Below, in pieces: positions 24,024-34,710 of a DNA stretch of 64,000 nucleotides; position 1 is the first letter of the stretch; every line of letters begins with the position of its first letter. The stretch spans positions 8,122,001 to 8,186,000 of the forward strand of contig NC_043021.1 of NCBI RefSeq assembly GCF_006345805.1. Direction: 5' to 3'. The DNA comes from Octopus sinensis (taxonomy: Eukaryota). The notes below the pieces were generated by a model that was not told the origin of the DNA, made no database searches, and saw nothing but the letters and a program-made list of their open reading frames with translations. Both the position numbers and the translations under genes were made by a program.

Positions 24024-24589
24024 TTGGGTTATCCGGAAAGTCCATGCCGATTTTTAAAGGAAAGAAGAAGGTCAATAAATGCTTGCCATTACATTTTTAA
24101 TCAACCAAATATGAACCATTTTGTTACACAATGCATCTCCATCTTTCCTTTAACTTGAAAATACCCTCTTCCCAGAATTGAGGTGGTTTCATGGCAAAGA
24201 ATTCATCAAGGTATCTTTTTATGTTATCCAAGGAATTGAAATTTTTACTATTAAGACTATTCTGCAGAGACCTGAATAAATGGAAATCTGGAGGAGCAAT
24301 ATCTGGTGAATATGGAGGGTAGGGTGACACAACCAAAACAAGCTGCAGCAATTTTTGTCTGGTTCCCAAAGCATCAAGTGCCGAAATTGAACTTTCTTAT
24401 CTTCCATTTTAAAGGGTTACAGAATTAACACAGGTTATAGGAACAGAAATCTTCTTCCACGAAAAGATAGCTTAAACTGTGCTTTAAATGGAGGTGTGGT
24501 CAAATCCTATTTTATGGACTCAACCATGTTCTAAAATAAGTCAAATGGTAATCTACTATAAATCGGCACAAACTTTCCGGACAACCCAA
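24024..24589 (-). mobile_element. Internally deleted mariner element with both TIRs and TA flanks
   Basis: TTGGGTTATCCGGAAAGT / ACTTTCCGGACAACCCAA; YSPDIAPPDFHLF motif; partial copy at ~6460-6762. Confidence 0.9.
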
Positions 24590-24591
24590 TA

Positions 24592-25140
24592 ATTTTCCAG
24601 GTTTTGTGGGTGGTGTATAATTAATATACTTTTCATGCTCCATTGGTGCTAATTTTCTTACCAAAAGTCTAGTCTTTTGGTTCTCTTTCCAATCTGAACT
24701 TTCGTTCTTGAATATTTCCTCAAATTGACTATAATAAGCAGTAAATGTAACACCTTCATCCAAATTATATCTAAATTCATTGATGGAACTTGTCAACAAA
24801 TTTGGTGTAAATGCTTTTGTAGCATTTTTTGTTTCCTTGAGGAGAACCTGTAAAACCTCATGCTGCTGTTTTCACATCTCTATCACAGCTGATAGTAATT
24901 CTTCCATGATAAACAAGATGAATTTTTTGTTCTCATAAACAAAAAAATATACAATTCACAATAATTCGAGTGAGTCTCGAACACTTCTCATTACCAGCTG
25001 TTATATCGCCAGTGACGATATATGATGTATGTGTGTGAAATACTATATCACAGTACCAAATATAACCGTATAACAACAAGCCATGTAACAAGAGTTGGTT
25101 ATCTTATAACCATTCACACAATAACAATCTAATGCCTCCG
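24592..25140 (-). mobile_element. Gypsy gag remnant with probable 5' LTR
   Basis: SINEFRYNLDEGVTFTAYY...RLLVRKL is homologous to the gag at 39100-39330. Confidence 0.7.
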
Positions 25141-25189
25141 TGCAGAATCAATAAGGAGACTAACACTCTCACAGTTTGACTTCAACTGT

Positions 25190-25550
25190 CTCATCATCAT
25201 CATCATTGTTCGACCGTGGTCGAGACAATGGAATTTACCATGCTATGCCAGACTTCATGGTCCATCATGGCATTACGGAGGTCCTGTTGCTGGATGCCTG
25301 TATCTCTGGAGATTACATCAGGGTAGGAGAGTGTGCGCCAGAGGAGAAGAGTAGAAATTACCTCGTTTTCAGCTCTACAACAATGTCCAGCAAACTGGAC
25401 TCTCCTACCTTTCACAAGAGATGACACAGGTGGTAGTTTCCCATATATTTGCATTTTGGTTGGATGGCGCTTCCACGAGAGATTTTGCGCTCTCATAAGG
25501 AGGCGAGTGTAGGTTCCATTCAACCGCCTCTCAAGCTTCTTTGATAACGT
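25190..25550 (-). mobile_element. RTE-group LINE 3' end with (GAT)n tail
   Basis: YTRLL...SWKRH...RRVQFAGHCCR, stop followed by GATGATGATG. Confidence 0.8.
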
Positions 25551-26936
25551 CCAGGTTTATCGATTTATAAGACTTGTCCAGTCCACTGACAGTCATGTGC
25601 AGGGGTGTCAGTTCAATCCACAACAACTTTATGGATGCTACCACCAGTTTCTTTGAACTCCTGAGTTTACCATACATTCTTTGAGATCTTACTTCAGCTT
25701 CAAAACACTGACATTCAGAAATAACACAAATGACCATAAAGATATTCAAGCATTGGTAAGTTATGATTCAAGAAAAAAGAAATAAAAGAAAATTTTAGCA
25801 AAATGAGGTAAACCGCTTTAAGACTGCGACCTGATCACTGACAAAAATCCGTGCAGCACGGATTTTTGTCAGTGATCAGGTTGCAGTCTTCAAATGATGA
25901 AAATATTTTGACAAATTAAACTTAAATGTTGAAGTGAATCGAACGGCTTTTGTGTGTTTCTTAAATGGCTTACAAACACCTTCCACGCTGCAATTGTTTT
26001 CGTTTCAGCACACGATCTCAGATCAAATCACTTGCTATGCAAGTACATCTCCGTTATTTTTTTTAAAATATCTATTCCCTTCATATCAGACATCAATGGT
26101 AAGGAAATTCCTCCAGCCTCTGTAATTCTTTATACAGTTCATTCAGTTATTCGAACATGTTAGTCCTGAAAACACATAAAGGTTATGGAAACTTACCTCT
26201 CACAAAGAAATGTTACCTAGTTTCATAATATTGGTTATTTTAACATTTAACACAGATTCTAAAATAAAGAATTCATTATCATCATCATCATCATTGTTTA
26301 ATGTCTGTTCTCCATGCTAGCATAGGTTGGACGGTTCGACCGGGGATCTGGGAAGCCAGAAGGCTGCACCAGGCTCCAGTCTGATCTGGCAGTGTTTCTA
26401 CAGCTGGGTTCCCTTCCTAATGCCAACCACTCCGTGAGTGTAGCGGGTGCTTTTTACGTGCCACCGGCACAGGTGCCAGGCGAGGCTGGCAACGGCCATG
26501 ATCGGATTGGTGCTTTTTATGTGCCACCGGCACGGAAGCCAGTCAAGGCAGCGCTGGCATTGGCCACGTTCGGACGGTGCTTTAGCAAAATAACAAAACA
26601 AAAAAAAACACAATAATATTTAAATACAGAAAATGCATCAGCATATGAAATTTAAGATTTATATAAAAATATTTTAATTATGTATACATACATATGATAT
26701 TATATTACATATTATTTTCATTCATAAATCTTTGAGCATATTAAATACTTGTTTTAAATTTTAAATTATAAAAAATAAATCTACATCCATAAAATTCATA
26801 ATCTTTAAAAAAATAATATTTAAAAGAAGTTGATTTTTTTTTCCATTAACAATAAGTCACTTCTGTAATGTTCTGTTCAAATACGTGATGGAATATTTCA
26901 ATCAAATATTTTGTGTGGGAACCTATGTAATAGATA

Positions 26937-27140
26937 TTAAAAACAGTTTTGATTTGAACTTGATAGTGAGTCATCGTTTGCGATGATGCTTGGTGACTGA
27001 TCGAGGTGTGTAACAGACATGACGCCAACAACGTTGATCTTGATTTTTTGAAAGTCATGAATAAATGTCAGGAAGTATGCAAGGAATGAAACAGAAAGTA
27101 GCCACTCGCAGCTGGTACTCAGAATATGGTAAGAGAATCC
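26937..27140 (-). CDS. DRAM2: DRAM-like terminal coding exon (GFSYHILSTSCEWLLSVSFLAYFLTFIHDFQKI...NQNCF*)
   Basis: tttcAG acceptor; GxxxHxxSTxxEW...FLTxxxDFQKI motif; TAA stop. Confidence 0.96.
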   Translation of the reverse strand, partial: GFSYHILSTSCEWLLSVSFLAYFLTFIHDFQKIKINVVGVMSVTHLDQSPSIIANDDSLSSSNQNCF

Positions 27141-28500
27141 CTGAAAGTAGACAGAACAAAACAATTATACATCAAAATACTATTCATGGTTTAAACCCTT
27201 TTGTTACCAGCCCGGCTGAAACCGGTTCTGACTCTGAGTACAAATGTTTTGTTTTCATAAGTTCTGAATTAAAATCTTCCACCAAACCTTCGTCACAATT
27301 TGTGTTCCTAACACTAGCTTAATGACAACAAAGTTATTTTACTAAATTCCTTGTTATATTTAACCCTTTTGATACCAACCTGGCTGAAACTGCCTCTGGC
27401 TCTGTAGTACAAATGTTTGAATTAAAATCTTCCACCAAACCTTAGTCACAATTTATGTTCCTAACACTAGCTTAATGATAACTAAGTTATTTTACTAAAT
27501 TCTTTGTTATATTTAAAATTAATTGAAAGCATCTCAAAATAAATACAGTAACGAAAGGGTTAATCCACTTTTAGCTCACTTCGCAACCATGTGGTTTTAT
27601 GTTCAGTTCCACACATCTACTATAGCCCCAGGCCAACCAATGCCTTGTCAGTGACTTGGAAGGTGGAAATTCTGCTTATGTTTGTGTGTGTCTTTGTGCT
27701 TGTGTTTTCCCCCACACCACTGCTTGACAAGCAGTGTTGGTTTGTTTGTTTATAGGCCCATAATATGGTTGTTTGGCGGAAGGAAATGAACAGACTTGAA
27801 AAATAAGTATTGGGGTTGATTTCTTCAGTTAAACCCTTCAAAGCAGTGCCCCACCATGGCAAGAGTCCAACGACTAAAACAAATAAAATTGTTGCAGAAT
27901 GATCACAAGATCAAATGCTGATCAAATGTGACGATTCAAATAAATGTAACAAGTAGAACTTTGGTGGTCAGAAAAGAAAAACTTTGAAAAGCTTAACCCA
28001 AAAGAAGAACAAATTGTAGAATTCCAGAACAGCTACTCATGAACAGACAGAAAAAAAGCAAAGAAAGGAGTGATTGTGTGGAAAGAAGTTTGCTTCCCAA
28101 CCATGAGGTTCTGGGTTCAGTCCCACTATGTGGCACCTTGGGCAAGTGTTTTCTGCTATAGCTTTGGGCCGACCAAAGCCTTGTGAGTGGATTTGGTAGA
28201 CAGAAACTGAAAGAAGCCCATCGTATATATGTATATGTAAATAAGTGTGTGTGTTTGTGTTTGTGCCCCCCCCCGTCACTTGACAACCGATGCTGGTGTG
28301 TTTACGTCCCCCGTAACTTAGCGGTTCGGCAAAAGAGAACCGATAGAATAAGTACTAGGCTTACAAAGAATAAGTCCCGGGGTCGATTGGTTCGACTGAA
28401 AGACGGTGCTCCAGCATGGCCGCAGTCAAATGACTGAAACAAGTAAAAGAGTAAAAGAGAGTAAAGAGAGTAACCTAAGCTGTGTTTCGTTTATACTTAC

Positions 28501-28571
28501 TTCATCCTCTGGGCGCCAAGCTAAAGGGTTACCTTTATATTCTTTGCCAGCTAAGCCGGCTCCAATGAATG
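28501..28571 (-). CDS. DRAM2: DRAM-like coding exon 5 (TFIGAGLAGKEYKGNPLAWRPEDE)
   Basis: ttccAG / GTAAGT, phase 1->0; LxWxPED motif preceding the last exon. Confidence 0.93.
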
Positions 28572-28799
28572 CTGGAAGTTAAAGTTAAGGATTGTTACAA
28601 TACTCTTGTGGGATGGTCAGCATTTGGTTGCTGAACAAATTCAATCAACTCCAGTTTTATAAGAAAGAAAATAAAACTTCAAGGAAAGAGAAACGATACA
28701 CAAGGTATTCAAGACTAGGTTATTAAAATTACCATTTATAACCTCTTCAAAAAGCTAGATGGTAAAGGCTTTTGATACCGATAAACATATTTAAACTGT

Positions 28800-29140
28800 C
28801 CATTAACACCCGTGGACATATTTACAAAGTAAGAAAACAGCACAGCTCCCATGACTTCAAGAAACATTTTTTTCACGCTGAGAGTTGCTGAAGCATGGAA
28901 CAAACTGCCGGCATCAGTTGTTAGTTGTCGGAGCACTGCATCCTTCAGGGCTTCCATGCTTCCTGAGATTCACCGGCACTACGCTTGATTTTCTCCCCTC
29001 CATGCACACACGGGCGTGTATCTGACTCGTGCATTGTTCGCTTTCCAGACATTTCTACATTGCTGCATGTACTTTATATGCACTTTCTGGCGGGTTGTGG
29101 TGCACCTGAGCACTGTATACAATAATTTCATTGTTATATT
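28800..29140 (+). mobile_element. CR1-type LINE 3' end with clustered A->G changes
   Basis: Same family as 29235-29665 (-) and 46838-47320 (+); see findings. Confidence 0.9.
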
Positions 29141-29234
29141 ATTTTATGCAATAGAAGCAGTTTTAAATTAAAGCAGCTACCTGTATGTTATATTTAATAT
29201 AAATACATCACTGCTTTTATATGCTGCTTTTATA

Positions 29235-29665
29235 TAATAATGAAATTATTGTATACAGTGCTCAGGTGCACCACAACTTGTCAAAAGTGCGTATAAAGTA
29301 TATGCAGTAATGTACAAATGTCTGGGAAGTGAACAGGTGTATGAGTCAGATACATGCTTGCGTGTGTATGGAGGGGAGAAAATCAGGTGTAGTGCTGGCG
29401 AATCTCAGGAAGCATGGAAGTTTTGAAGGATGCAGTGTTCCGACAACTAACAACTGATGCCAGCAGTTTGTTCCATGCTTCAGCAACTCTTAGCATGAAA
29501 AAATGTTTCCTGAAGTCATGGGAGCTGTGCTGTTTTCTGACTTTGTAAACATGTCCACGGGTGTTAGACAAGTGGAGTTTGAAAAGGTGCTCAGAGTTAT
29601 TGTTTGTACGATGGTTGATAATTTTATGGGTGTCTGCCAAGTCAGCCGCCAGACGTCGGAGTTTA
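29235..29665 (-). mobile_element. CR1-type LINE 3' end, inverted relative to 28800-29140
   Basis: TRGHVYK...RKHFF.RVAEAWNKL; (ATT) tail. Confidence 0.9.
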
Positions 29666-30355
29666 AAAACACAATATGCATATATGAGGGAGACAAACAG
29701 AGCATGTCCATAAGAGATGTTATCTTTGGATGAACATCACAGTAAATTGCCATTCAACAATGTACTTACATTCAGTATGAATAAAGATAGCTATTCAAAT
29801 TGTTATGTATTCAATGATTTACTATGCTCCACTTATGTCATAAGAGAAAAGGTTAAACTAACAAATGGCTTCAGTAGCTAAATTTCTAGATTCATTAAGT
29901 ATTGAGTTAGTTCAGACTTAAATATCAACATCATCGCCATTCATCTTTTGTGTTTTTTCCAAGGTCATCCAATCATTTTCAGCTTCAATTTATTGAGAAG
30001 AATACCAAATCAAGAAGTTGTCACAGATTATCTGATCCATCAGAGATGATCTGATTCTACCAGTGAAGTGTATTCTTTTTAATGTCGGGAGGGTTGCCAC
30101 TACATATTTCATGATAAATATACAACCTGGGTCTAATGGTAAGGATTTTACACAGATGGTTGTGCATTGTAACTGGTACCTGATGAAAGCAGAATTGCAA
30201 CTAAGATCATTGTTTACATTATTTACATTCGACGGATATTTGTCCTCATCTTGTTTGTTGTTAACACAACGTTTCAGCTGACATACCCTCCAGCCTTCAT
30301 TAGGTGTCTTGGGGAAATTTCGAATCTGGGTTCTCATTCCAAAAGTATTTTTCGA

Positions 30356-30395
<40 letters not shown>

Positions 30396-30884
30396 AATAT
30401 TATCATTATTATTATTCAGGTCACTGCCTGGAATTGAACTCAGAATCTTGGGGTTAGTAGCTCGTGCTCTTAACCACTATGTCATATGCCCATGGGCATT
30501 ATTTTCCTATCCTTCCTTAATACCGGTTCCCCAAGACACCTGATGAAGGCTGGTGGGTATATGAGCCAAAACGTTGTGTTAACAACAAACAAGATGAGGA
30601 CAAGTATCCGTCAAATGTAAATAATGTACATAATCCCTCGTCTCTTAAATATAGAACCGTACAACTATGGTATTTTATATCTGTTCATAAAACATTTTAA
30701 AACCTACAAAAACCTGCCATTAACATTTTAAAAACACAAAAGAGGTGTTAAATGTTCATATATGTTACTGTTTTTCATACATGTATCAATGGTTTCTGAG
30801 ATTTTTGCAGCAAATTCTAAACAAATAGAAATTCATGCATTAACATCCACCCATGTCACCTAATCAATAGTTTAAAAAGGATAC

Positions 30885-31062
30885 TCATAATGAAGAAAAA
30901 TACAGAGAAAATAGATAACACCATTCTAATTATAATAATTTTCTTTCCATTGTACATGGGGTACATCATATAAGACATTATTGTCTGGAAAATTTCGTAA
31001 ACTGAACCAATTCCAAATACCATAAAAGCTCCAATAACGTGCACAACAAGGACATTGGATTC
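30885..31062 (-). CDS. DRAM2: DRAM-like coding exon 4 (ESNVLVVHVIGAFMVFGIGSVYEIFQTIMSY...FFFIM)
   Basis: 178 nt, tttcAG / A|GTATCC; HxxGAxxxFGxGxxY..QT.SY motif. Confidence 0.96.
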
Positions 31063-31497
31063 CTGAAAGTATAAGCAACATCATATCATTTCATTTATTT
31101 ACTAATAGTTGGGGGTTTTTTTGTGTGTGTTTTGGGTTTTTTTTTAATTTTTATTTTGCAAGATGAAAAAAATATTTTTGAAACACTAAAATGTTCCAGA
31201 ACTTTCTGGGAGATAAGTAACAAGAGCAAATTTTTTTTTCTTTTTTTTTTTTCACTAAATGAATTTTCTAGAAAAATGTTTGTGGAATTATTTTTCATTT
31301 GCAAGTTTACAGGAATGGCTGTTTGGTTAAGAAGCTTGCTTCTCAACCATTTGGTCTTGATTTCAGTCCTGCTTCCAAACCACATGGTTCCAAATTAGTT
31401 CCACAGTGTGGCACCTTGGGCATGTGTCCTCTACTTCAGTCTCAGGCTGACAAAAACCTTGTGAGAGGATTTAGTAGATGGAAACTAAAAGAAGCCC

Positions 31498-31535
<38 letters not shown>

Positions 31536-33490
31536 ATTTAAAAGCAGCAGAAATATAACAAAAGCTGTTACTCAGAGTTTCACATTTCCGTTCGTCGGAC
31601 AGCTTTTTTTTTTAACAAAACTGTCCGACGAACAGGAACATGAAACTCTGAGTAACAGCTTTTGTTATGTTTCTGCTGCTTTTAAATAAAGCATATTACT
31701 CTACCTCTGGTATTTGAGTACTCTTTTTACCACCTTGTTTCACATTTATGTGTTTACTCCAGTATATATATATATATATATATATCCTTTATATGTGTGT
31801 GTATGTTTGTGTTTGTTATCACTATCATAAGCAGTGTCTTTCATCTTCAATATTCAGTGAAAATATGCCTAACTATGGGGAAATATTACCTTGCTTGGAA
31901 GCAGATACAGGAAAGGATTTTGGTTGGAAAAAATCTGTTGCAATAAACTCATTTGGCCCAAGCAAACATAGAAAAGTGGATGTTAAAATTACGACAATGA
32001 TGATAATGAAAAATGGAAGAGTTGAGACTTTAGATATGACAGATATAGAGTAACAGTTAATAGTAGGCGTAGGAGTGGCTGTGTGGTAAGTAGCTTGCTT
32101 ACCAACCACATGGTTCTGGGTTCAGTCCCACTGCGTGGCACCTTGGGCAAGTGTCTTCAAGCCGACCAAAGCCTTGTGAGTGGATTTGGTAGATGGAAAC
32201 TGAAAGCCCATTGTATATATATATATGTATGTGTGTGTATATGTTTGTGTGTTTGTGTTTGTTCCCCCAACATTGCTTGACAACCGATGCTGGTTCGGCA
32301 AAAGTGACCGATAGAATAAGTACTAGGCTTACTAGTACTGGGGTCGATTTGCTTGACTAAAAGGCGGTGCTCCAGCATAGCAAGAGTCAAATGACTGAAA
32401 CAAGTAAAAGAGCAGAAGAGTAAAAAAATATAGCACACATGCATATTGTTGTGGAGTGACTTGCATGTGACTGTCAGTGGACTGGATGAGCCAGTAGCCA
32501 GTTGAAGTCAAACTGTGAGAGCTCTAGTCTTGTTATTGATTCTGTGTTGAAGTTGTGGATTATTATTGACCGAATGGTTATAGATTTCTTTATTAGGCCA
32601 TGCAAGGCCGAACACAGAGGGGACAATACAATATAGAACTTTGCAAAACCGATCAATAGGGATAGAAAACATCTTGGGACATGTACACAAAGAGATAACA
32701 CGGTAATGTTTTAACAAAAGAAATTCCCAAAAGGGGAAGAAAATATAACACTGACTTAGGTTATCCGTTTAAAGAAAAACCTATGAAAAAAACCATGGTA
32801 ACCTTGGAAAAAATAAACATAGGCGCAGGAGTGGCTGTGTGGTAAGTAGCTTGCTAACCAACTGCATGGTTCCGGGTTCAGTCCCACTGCGTGGCATCTT
32901 GGGCAAGTGTCTTCTGCTATAGAGTAAAAGAGTATGAGAGCAAAATGCCCTTTCTCTTTTTGTTTTATAGGTTCATGCTCAAAGTGGGTTTGACATTCAT
33001 GCGTACCATCTTAGCTACATTCAATCACCTTTTATTAGACTTTTCATTAGACAAAATTTCCCTCTCTACTCTCACCTTCCTTTTCAAGTATTACTTGAAA
33101 AAGTTGATGAGAGGTTGGTTATAATAAAGTAACCAACTTTTGTTACATTGGTTATTGTTATACGATTGTATTTGCGCCCATGCTGGTGGTACATAAAAGC
33201 ACCTGTTACACTCTTGGAGTGGCTGGCATTAGAAACCATACCCAATCAGACTGGAGTCTGGTGTGGTCCTTTAGCTTGCCAGCCCTGGTCAAACAGATGT
33301 TAAATGATGATGGTGTTTCAGTCATTTGACTGTGGCTATGCTTAAGCACTGCTTTTTAGTCAAGCAAATCGACCCCAGGACTTATTCTTTGTAAGCCCAG
33401 TACTTATTCTATAGGTCTCTTTTGCCGAACCAGCATCGGTTGTCAAGCGATGTTGGGGGAACAAACACAGACACACAAACATATACACAC

Positions 33491-33543
<53 letters not shown>

Positions 33544-34379
33544 ATGGGCTTCTTTCAGTTTCCGTCTACCAAATTCACTCACAAGGCTTTGGTCGGCCTG
33601 AAGACACTTGCCCAAGGTGCCACGCGGTGGGACTGAACCCAGAACCATGTGGCTGGTAAGCAAGCTACTTACCACTCAACCACTCCTACGCCTACTATTA
33701 ACTGTTACTCTATATCTGTCATATCTAAAGTCTTAACTCTTGTTTGTTTATTTACATATTTTACTCTTGTTCAGTTGGCATATATCTTTCATAACATATC
33801 AAACGTTAAGCTGTTTGTTTATGAAGGATTGTATACTTTCTGTCTATTTGCATAGAATCGACACACCCATGAAATCATATAAATGTTTGCATTGCATGTT
33901 TACCTTATAAGTTGCTCATACAACTTTTTTCTCTCTCCAAGTGGAAAGAAGATCATATGATTCCTGTATAGGAACAACAATGCTACATAATAGTGAGACA
34001 CATCATCATCATCATCATCATTTAGCGTCCGTTTTCCATGCTGGCATGGGTTGGATGGTAAAACAGGGGTCTGGGAAGCCAGAAGGCTGCACCAGGCCCA
34101 GTCTGATCTGGCAGTGTTTCTACGGCTGGATGCCCTTCCTAACGCCACATCATCATCATCGTTTAACGTCCATTTTCCGCGCTAGCACGGGTTGGACAGT
34201 TCGACCGGGGTCTGGGATGCCCTTCCTAACGCCAACCACTCCGCGAGTGTAGTGGATGCTTTTTACGTGCCACCTGCACAGGTGCCAGGGGGGTCCGGCA
34301 TTGGCCACGATTGGTTGGAGCTTTTTATGTGCCACCGGCACAGAAGCCAGTCGGGGCAGCGCTGGCATTGGCCACATGG

Positions 34380-34710
34380 GTGCTAAATGCAGAGGACATG
34401 CAAACACTAGAGAGGAATGGGGCTAGAATGCTCTGCTGGATGTGCAGTGTCAGTGTAAATGTGTGACAAAGAGTGTTTGTTTGAGAGAAAAGTTAGGCAT
34501 AAGTAGAATTAGATGCAAAAGAGGAGACTGTACTGGTTTGGTCATGTGATGTGGATGGATAAGTACAGTTGCATAAAAGGTGCTGGTCACGGAAAGTGGA
34601 TGGAACTTGTGGGAGAGGGAGACCCAGGAAGACATAGGACAAAGTATTAAAGACTGATCTCAAGACACTGAGCCTTAGAAAGGAGCTGACAAAAGACTGA
34701 GATATCTGGC
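34380..34710 (+). mobile_element. Decayed RTE-type LINE C-terminal fragment
   Basis: RMLCWMC...LREKLG...RLYWFGHV in broken frames. Confidence 0.7.

Noticed and set aside
30056-30180. Alternative DRAM exon 5 ending TLHW
   Set aside because: No acceptor in the required phase and a stop follows immediately.
32474-32717. Two minus-strand ORFs in unique intronic sequence
   Set aside because: No recognisable motifs or compatible splice sites; DRAM is complete without them.
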